64,000 nucleotides of DNA from the human T2T-CHM13v2.0 reference genome, Homo sapiens. Positions within the stretch are counted from its first letter, which is position 1. Each line of letters starts with the position of its first letter. Made by a program: the position numbers and the translations under genes. Location of the stretch: assembly GCF_009914755.1 (NCBI RefSeq), contig NC_060939.1; one strand, given 5' to 3'. Of the stretch, positions 56,601 to 64,000 are shown piece by piece. Below the pieces are notes generated by a model. That model saw only the letters and a program-made list of their open reading frames with translations, was not told the origin of the DNA and did no database searches.

Positions 56601-57100
56601 ACTCTATTGCCTTCCATTCCATTCCATTCGATTACATTCCATGCGATTCCATTCGAAATCGAATCAATTACATTGCAATCCATTACTATTGAGTCCGTTT
56701 TATTCCAGTCCACTGCATTCTGGTCCATTCCATTTGATTCCATTCCATTCTATTCCATTCCATACAGTTGCATTCCATTGGATTCCATGCTATATCTATA
56801 AATTCAATTCGAGACCATTGCTTTTGAGTCCATTCTATATGATTCCATTCCATTCAAGTCCATTACATTTGGTTAAATTCCATTCCATTCGGTTCAATTC
56901 CATTCCATTCCATTCCCTTCCATTCCATTCCAGTTGATATCAATCCATTCGATTCCATTCCATTCGAGCACATTCCATTCGAGTCCATTCCATTCGATGC
57001 CATTCCATTTGATTCTATTCCATTAGTCTCCATTCAATTCCATTAATCTCCATTCCATTCCATTCTACTCCAACTGATTCCATTCCATTCTATTCCTTTT
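41645..57100 (+). repeat. Local 5-monomer-period duplication (8977-8997 bp); boundaries approximate
   Basis: U24/U29 share CTATTGTCTTCC, EcoRI at 42884/51881, CATGTCCATTGC and CAATTCTATTCC. U27/U32 share CGTTTCTTTTCC and CCGTTCAATTTC. Unit starts U25-U27 versus U30-U32 are offset by exactly 8997. Confidence 0.8.
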
Positions 57101-60100
57101 TATTCCATTTCATTCCATTCCATTCCATTCCATTCCATTCCATTCGTGTCCATTCCACTCCAGTCCATTCCATTCGTATCCATTCCATTCCAGTCCATTC
57201 CATTTGTGTCCACTGCATTCCATTCCACTCCATTCCATATTATTCCATTACACTCCATTCCATTCTATTACTTTCATTTCCATTCAATTCCATTCCATTT
57301 GATTCCATTCCACTCGGTTTCATTCCATTTGAGTCCACTCCATTCCATTCCATTCCATTCAGTTCCATTCCATTCTGTTCCATTCCATTCCGTTCCATTA
57401 CATTCCATTCCATTCGGTACCATTCCATATTGTTCCATTCGATTCCATTCGAATCCATTCCATTCCAGTCCATTCCATTCGATTCCATTCCATTCATTTC
57501 AATTCCATTCCATTCCATTCCATTACATTCCACTTGATTCCTCTCCATTCCCTTCCACTGCATTCCGTTCGATTCCATTCCATTGCATTGCATTCCATTC
57601 CATTGGATTGCATTCCATTCGATTCCATTCCATTCGAATCAATTACATAGCAATCCATTACATTCGAGTCTATTCTCTTCCGTTCCATTCGATTTCGTTC
57701 CAATCCATTCGATTCCATTCCATTCGATTCCATTCCATACTATTGCATTCCATTCGATTACATTATATTCGAATAAGTTCCATTCAAGACCATTTCTTTT
57801 GAGTCCATTCTATTTGAGTCCATTCCCTTTGATTCCATAACATTTGAGTCCATTCAATTCCATTCCTTTCGTTTCCATTCCATTTGATGCCATTCCATTC
57901 AATTCTGTTCTACTCGACTCCAATACATTCAATTCCATTCCATCCGATTCCATTACATTCTTTTCATTTCTTATCCATTTCAAGCCATTCCACTCCATTC
58001 CATTCAACTCGTTTCCTTTCCATTCGAGTCCATTCCTCTCCAGTCCATTCCGTTCAATCCATTCCATTCCAGTCCATTCCATTCGAGTCCGTTCCATTCC
58101 AGTCCATTCCATTCGAGTCAATTCCATTCCATTCGATGTCTTTCCATAACGATCCATTCCATTCTATTCCTTTCGATTCCATTCTATTCTATTTCATTCC
58201 ATTCGATTCCCTTCCATTGGACTCCTTTCCATTCGAGTGCATTCCATTCCGTTCCATTTCTTTCCGTTCTGTACGATTCCTACCGTTCGATTTCATTTTG
58301 TTCCAGTCCATTCTTTCGCGTCCATTCCATTCCATTTCACTCCATTCGATTCCATTCCACTCGATTCCACTTCGTTCCATTTCATTGCATTCCATTCTAT
58401 TCAACTCTATTGCCTTCCATTCCATTCCATTCGATTACATTCCATGCGATTCCATTCGAAATCGAATCAATTACATTGCAATCCATTACTATTGAGTCCG
58501 TTTTATTCCAGTCCACTGCATTCTGGTCCATTCCATTTGATTCCATTCCATTCTATTCCATTCCATACAGTTGCATTCCATTGGATTCCATGCTATATCT
58601 ATAAATTCAATTCGAGACCATTGCTTTTGAGTCCATTCTATATGATTCCATTCCATTCAAGTCCATTACATTTGGTTAAATTCCATTCCATTCGGTTCAA
58701 TTCCATTCCATTCCATTCCCTTCCATTCCATTCCAGTTGATATCAATCCATTCGATTCCATTCCATTCGAGCACATTCCATTCGAGTCCATTCCATTCGA
58801 TGCCATTCCATTTGATTCTATTCCATTAGTCTCCATTCAATTCCATTAATCTCCATTCCATTCCATTCTACTCCAACTGATTCCATTCCATTCTATTCAT
58901 TTCCATTCCATTTCATTCCATTCCATTCCATTCCATTCCATTCCATTCGTGTCCATTCCACTCCAGTCCATTCCATTCGTATCCATTCCATTCCAGTCCA
59001 TTCCATTTGTGTCCACTGCATTCCATTCCACTCCATTCCATATTATTCCATTACACTCCATTCCATTCTATTACTTTCATTTCCATTCAATTCCATTCCA
59101 TTTGATTCCATTCCACTCGGTTTCATTCCATTTGAGTCCACTCCATTCCATTCCATTCCATTCAGTTCCATTCCATTCTGTTCCATTCCATTCCGTTCCA
59201 TTACATTCCATTCCATTCGGTACCATTCCATATTGTTCCATTCGATTCCATTCGAATCCATTCCATTCCAGTCCATTCCATTCGATTCCATTCCATTCAT
59301 TTCAATTCCATTCCATTCCATTCCATTACATTCCACTTGATTCCTCTCCATTCCCTTCCACTGCATTCCGTTCGATTCCATTCCATTGCATTGCATTCCA
59401 TTCCATTGGATTGCATTCCATTCGATTCCATTCCATTCGAATCAATTACATAGCAATCCATTACATTCGAGTCTATTCTCTTCCGTTCCATTCGATTTCG
59501 TTCCAATCCATTCGATTCCATTCCATTCGATTCCATTCCATACTATTGCATTCCATTCGATTACATTATATTCGAATAAGTTCCATTCAAGACCATTTCT
59601 TTTGAGTCCATTCTATTTGAGTCCATTCCCTTTGATTCCATAACATTTGAGTCCATTCAATTCCATTCCTTTCGTTTCCATTCCATTTGATGCCATTCCA
59701 TTCAATTCTGTTCTACTCGACTCCAATACATTCAATTCCATTCCATCCGATTCCATTACATTCTTTTCATTTCTTATCCATTTCAAGCCATTCCACTCCA
59801 TTCCATTCCACTCGTTTCCTTTCCATTCGAGTCCATTCCTCTCCAGTCCATTCCGTTCAATCCATTCCATTCCAGTCCATTCCATTCGAGTCCGTTCCAT
59901 TCCAGTCCATTCCATTCGAGTCAATTCCATTCCATTCGATGTCTTTCCATAACGATCCATTCCATTCTATTCCTTTCGATTCCATTCCATTCTATTTCAT
60001 TCCATTCGATTCCCTTCCATTGGACTCCTTTCCATTCGAGTGCATTCCATTCCGTTCCATTTCTTTCCGTTCTGTACGATTCCTACCGTTCGATTTCATT

Positions 60101-63100
60101 TTGTTCCAGTCCATTCTTTCGCGTCCATTCCATTCCATTTCACTCCATTCGATTCCATTCCACTCGATTCCACTTCGTTCCATTTCATTGCATTCCATTC
60201 TATTCAACTCTATTGCCTTCCATTCCATTCCATTCGATTACATTCCATGCGATTCCATTCGAAATCGAATCAATTACATTGCAATCCATTACTATTGAGT
60301 CCGTTTTATTCCAGTCCACTGCATTCTGGTCCATTCCATTTGATTCCATTCCATTCTATTCCATTCCATACAGTTGCATTCCATTGGATTCCATGCTATA
60401 TCTATAAATTCAATTCGAGACCATTGCTTTTGAGTCCATTCTATATGATTCCATTCCATTCAAGTCCATTACATTTGGTTAAATTCCATTCCATTCGGTT
60501 CAATTCCATTCCATTCCATTCCCTTCCATTCCATTCCAGTTGATATCAATCCATTCGATTCCATTCCATTCGAGCACATTCCATTCGAGTCCATTCCATT
60601 CGATGCCATTCCATTTGATTCTATTCCATTAGTCTCCATTCAATTCCATTAATCTCCATTCCATTCCATTCTACTCCAACTGATTCCATTCCATTCTATT
60701 CCTTTTTATTCCATTTCATTCCATTCCATTCCATTCCATTCCATTCCATTCGTGTCCATTCCACTCCAGTCCATTCCATTCGTATCCATTCCATTCCAGT
60801 CCATTCCATTTGTGTCCACTGCATTCCATTCCACTCCATTCCATATTATTCCATTACACTCCATTCCATTCTATTACTTTCATTTCCATTCAATTCCATT
60901 CCATTTGATTCCATTCCACTCGGTTTCATTCCATTTGAGTCCACTCCATTCCATTCCATTCCATTCAGTTCCATTCCATTCTGTTCCATTCCATTCCGTT
61001 CCATTACATTCCATTCCATTCGGTACCATTCCATATTGTTCCATTCGATTCCATTCGAATCCATTCCATTCCAGTCCATTCCATTCGATTCCATTCCATT
61101 CATTTCAATTCCATTCCATTCCATTCCATTACATTCCACTTGATTCCTCTCCATTCCCTTCCACTGCATTCCGTTCGATTCCATTCCATTGCATTGCATT
61201 CCATTCCATTGGATTGCATTCCATTCGATTCCATTCCATTCGAATCAATTACATAGCAATCCATTACATTCGAGTCTATTCTCTTCCGTTCCATTCGATT
61301 TCGTTCCAATCCATTCGATTCCATTCCATTCGATTCCATTCCATACTATTGCATTCCATTCGATTACATTATATTCGAATAAGTTCCATTCAAGACCATT
61401 TCTTTTGAGTCCATTCTATTTGAGTCCATTCCCTTTGATTCCATAACATTTGAGTCCATTCAATTCCATTCCTTTCGTTTCCATTCCATTTGATGCCATT
61501 CCATTCAATTCTGTTCTACTCGACTCCAATACATTCAATTCCATTCCATCCGATTCCATTACATTCTTTTCATTTCTTATCCATTTCAAGCCATTCCACT
61601 CCATTCCATTCCACTCGTTTCCTTTCCATTCGAGTCCATTCCTCTCCAGTCCATTCCGTTCAATCCATTCCATTCCAGTCCATTCCATTCGAGTCCGTTC
61701 CATTCCAGTCCATTCCATTCGAGTCAATTCCATTCCATTCGATGTCTTTCCATAACGATCCATTCCATTCTATTCCTTTCGATTCCATTCCATTCTATTT
61801 CATTCCATTCGATTCCCTTCCATTGGACTCCTTTCCATTCGAGTGCATTCCATTCCGTTCCATTTCTTTCCGTTCTGTACGATTCCTACCGTTCGGTTTC
61901 ATTTTGTTCCAGTCCATTCTTTCGCGTCCATTCCATTCCATTTCACTCCATTCGATTCCATTCCACTCGATTCCACTTCGTTCCATTTCATTGCATTCCA
62001 TTCTATTCAACTCTATTGCCTTCCATTCCATTCCATTCGATTACATTCCATGCGATTCCATTCGAAATCGAATCAATTACATTGCAATCCATTACTATTG
62101 AGTCCGTTTTATTCCAGTCCACTGCATTCTGGTCCATTCCATTTGATTCCATTCCATTCTATTCCATTCCATACAGTTGCATTCCATTGGATTCCATGCT
62201 ATATCTATAAATTCAATTCGAGACCATTGCTTTTGAGTCCATTCTATATGATTCCATTCCATTCAAGTCCATTACATTTGGTTAAATTCCATTCCATTCG
62301 GTTCAATTCCATTCCATTCCATTCCCTTCCATTCCATTCCAGTTGATATCAATCCATTCGATTCCATTCCATTCGAGCACATTCCATTCGAGTCCATTCC
62401 ATTCGATGCCATTCCATTTGATTCTATTCCATTAGTCTCCATTCAATTCCATTAATCTCCATTCCATTCCATTCTACTCCAACTGATTCCATTCCATTCT
62501 ATTCATTTCCATTCCATTTCATTCCATTCCATTCCATTCCATTCCATTCCATTCGTGTCCATTCCACTCCAGTCCATTCCATTCGTATCCATTCCATTCC
62601 AGTCCATTCCATTTGTGTCCACTGCATTCCATTCCACTCCATTCCATATTATTCCATTACACTCCATTCCATTCTATTACTTTCATTTCCATTCAATTCC
62701 ATTCCATTTGATTCCATTCCACTCGGTTTCATTCCATTTGAGTCCACTCCATTCCATTCCATTCCATTCAGTTCCATTCCATTCTGTTCCATTCCATTCC
62801 GTTCCATTACATTCCATTCCATTCGGTACCATTCCATATTGTTCCATTCGATTCCATTCGAATCCATTCCATTCCAGTCCATTCCATTCGATTCCATTCC
62901 ATTCATTTCAATTCCATTCCATTCCATTCCATTCCATTCCACTTGATTCCTCTCCATTCCCTTCCACTGCATTCCGTTCGATTCCATTCCATTGCATTGC
63001 ATTCCATTCCATTGGATTGCATTCCATTCGATTCCATTCCATTCGAATCAATTACATAGCAATCCATTACATTCGAGTCTATTCTATTCCGTTCCATTCG

Positions 63101-63218
63101 ATTTCGTTCCAATCCATTCGATTCCATTCCATTCGATTCCATTCCATACTATTGCATTCCATTCGATTACATTATATTCGAATAAGTTCCATTCAAGACC
63201 ATTTCTTTTGAGTCCATT
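54204..63218 (+). repeat. Homogeneous run of five 1803-bp B-type monomers
   Basis: Starts at 54204, 56007, 57810, 59613, 61416 and 63219 are each 1803 apart. All carry CCATTCTTTCGCG and GGTTAAATTCCATTCCATTCGGTTC. Confidence 0.9.
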
Positions 63219-64000
63219 CTATTTGAGTCCATTCCCTTTGATTCCATAACATTTGAGTCCATTCAATTCCATTCCTTTCGTTTCCATTCCATTTGATGCC
63301 ATTCCATTCAATTCTGTTCTACTCGACTCCAATACATTCAATTCCATTCCATCCGATTCCATTACATTCTTTTCATTTCTTATCCATTTCAAGCCATTCC
63401 ACTCCATTCCATTCCACTCGTTTCCTTTCCATTCGAGTCCATTCCTCTCCAGTCCATTCCGTTCAATCCATTCCATTCCAGTCCATTCCATTCGAGTCCG
63501 TTCCATTCCAGTCCATTCCATTCGAGTCAATTCCATTCCATTCGATGTCTTTCCATAACGATCCATTCCATTCTATTCCTTTCGATTCCATTCCATTCTA
63601 TTTCATTCCATTCGATTCCCTTCCATTGGACTCCTTTCCATTCGAGTGCATTCCATTCCGTTCCATTTCTTTCCGTTCTGTACGATTCCTACCGTTCGAT
63701 TTCATTTTGTTCCAGTCCATTCTTTCGCGTCCATTCCATTCCATTTCACTCCATTCGATTCCATTCCACTCGATTCCACTTCGTTCCATTTCATTGCATT
63801 CCATTCTATTCAACTCTATTGCCTTCCATTCCATTCCATTCCATTACATTCCATGCGATTCCATTCGAAATCGAATCAATTACATTGCAATCCATTACTA
63901 TTGAGTCCGTTTTATTCCAGTCCACTGCATTCTGGTCCATTCCATTTGATTCCATTCCATTCTATTCCATTCCATACAGTTGCATTCCATTGGATTCCAT

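Larger units (their letters stand above)
68..63218 (+). repeat. 35 complete tandem ~1.8-kb monomers with one KpnI site each (one exception), consistent with the chr15p D15Z1 / HSat3A5 array
   Basis: Landmarks (GAATAAGTTCCATTCAAGACC, CTATATCTATAAATTC, TTTCGCGTCC, CGGTACC) recur once per unit. Lengths U1-U35: 1779,1779,1798,1779,1744,1813,1778,1779,1818,1808,1807,1808,1802,1808,1803,1794,1833,1808,1803,1794,1833,2047,1762,1754,1808,1803,1818,1794,1774,1808,1803,1803,1803,1803,1803. GGTACC occurs at 1453, 3232 and so on. The periodicity is seen directly. The D15Z1 name rests on prior knowledge that D15Z1 is a 1.8-kb KpnI satellite III repeat and was not confirmed by alignment. Confidence 0.8.
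1..64000 (+). repeat. Human Satellite 3 (HSat3 / satellite III) array, diverged (CATTC)n on the + strand, (GGAAT)n on the - strand
   Basis: CATTC pentamers dominate from base 1 to 64000, with typical variants (CATTCGATTC, GAGTC, CAGTC). The + strand is pyrimidine-rich throughout, with no orientation switch and no unique sequence. Long CATTCCATTC runs fit HSat3 rather than HSat2, which is built on CATTCGATTC/GATGAT-type units. Confidence 0.97.

Noticed and set aside
68-63904. Hundreds of ORFs (60-308 aa) on both strands, recurring each monomer
   Set aside because: (CATTC)n has no stop codon in any frame and translates to HSIPF repeats (reverse strand GMEWN). Many starts are TTG/GTG, ORFs overlap in several frames, and frameshifts segregate freely among copies. 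There is no domain-like sequence, so these are not genes.
1-64000. CRISPR-like or repeat-spacer array
   Set aside because: There are no unique spacers. The sequence between landmarks is repeated near-identically in every monomer, and there are no cas genes.
1-64000. Transposon (Alu/L1/LTR) insertion, inversion or embedded unique sequence
   Set aside because: All monomer spacings are accounted for by small indels or the 260-bp internal repeat. No poly-A tails, GC-rich segments or GGAAT-on-plus blocks were seen.
1-64000. Identification as Y-chromosome DYZ1, chr1 HSat2 (1.77-kb EcoRI unit) or alpha satellite
   Set aside because: The period is ~1.8 kb, not ~3.6 kb. EcoRI sites were seen in only four units, and the HSat2-type GATGAT/CATTCGATTC-dominated structure is absent. 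There is no 171-bp monomer or CENP-B box.
1-64000. A fixed higher-order repeat spanning the window
   Set aside because: Multi-monomer periods (3, 2, 4, 5 units) each occur only as a single local pair; no period persists across the window.
1-64000. G-quadruplex or heat-shock-element calls on the G-rich strand
   Set aside because: There are only GG dinucleotides, with essentially no GGG runs. The nGAAn units are mostly direct rather than alternating inverted repeats, so no canonical element can be pinpointed.

Overview
All 64 kb is one uninterrupted, single-orientation array of primate (most likely human) classical Satellite 3 (HSat3). It consists of diverged (CATTC)n/(GGAAT)n pentamers organised into a ~1.8-kb monomer. 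There are 35 complete monomers (U1-U35) plus partial ends, 1744-2047 bp long with a mean of ~1804 bp. Nearly every monomer has one KpnI site, which fits the known chromosome 15p array D15Z1 (HSat3A5); that assignment is an inference. I found no genes, RNA genes, transposon insertions, CRISPR arrays or inversions. Every ORF in the track is an artefact of the stop-free pentamer (HSIPF / GMEWN translation). I see no new protein-coding or mobile system. What is informative is the nested architecture: a pentamer, a hidden ancient internal duplication in the monomer (offset 950 bp), several monomer haplotypes, and recent local multi-monomer duplications of 3, 2, 4 and 5 units, plus one out-of-register 2047-bp duplication and chimeric monomers. 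Monomer start coordinates, taken from the recurring 115-aa ORF landmark: 68, 1847, 3626, 5424, 7203, 8947, 10760, 12538, 14317, 16135, 17943, 19750, 21558, 23360, 25168, 26971, 28765, 30598, 32406, 34209, 36003, 37836, 39883, 41645, 43399, 45207, 47010, 48828, 50622, 52396, 54204, 56007, 57810, 59613, 61416, 63219.
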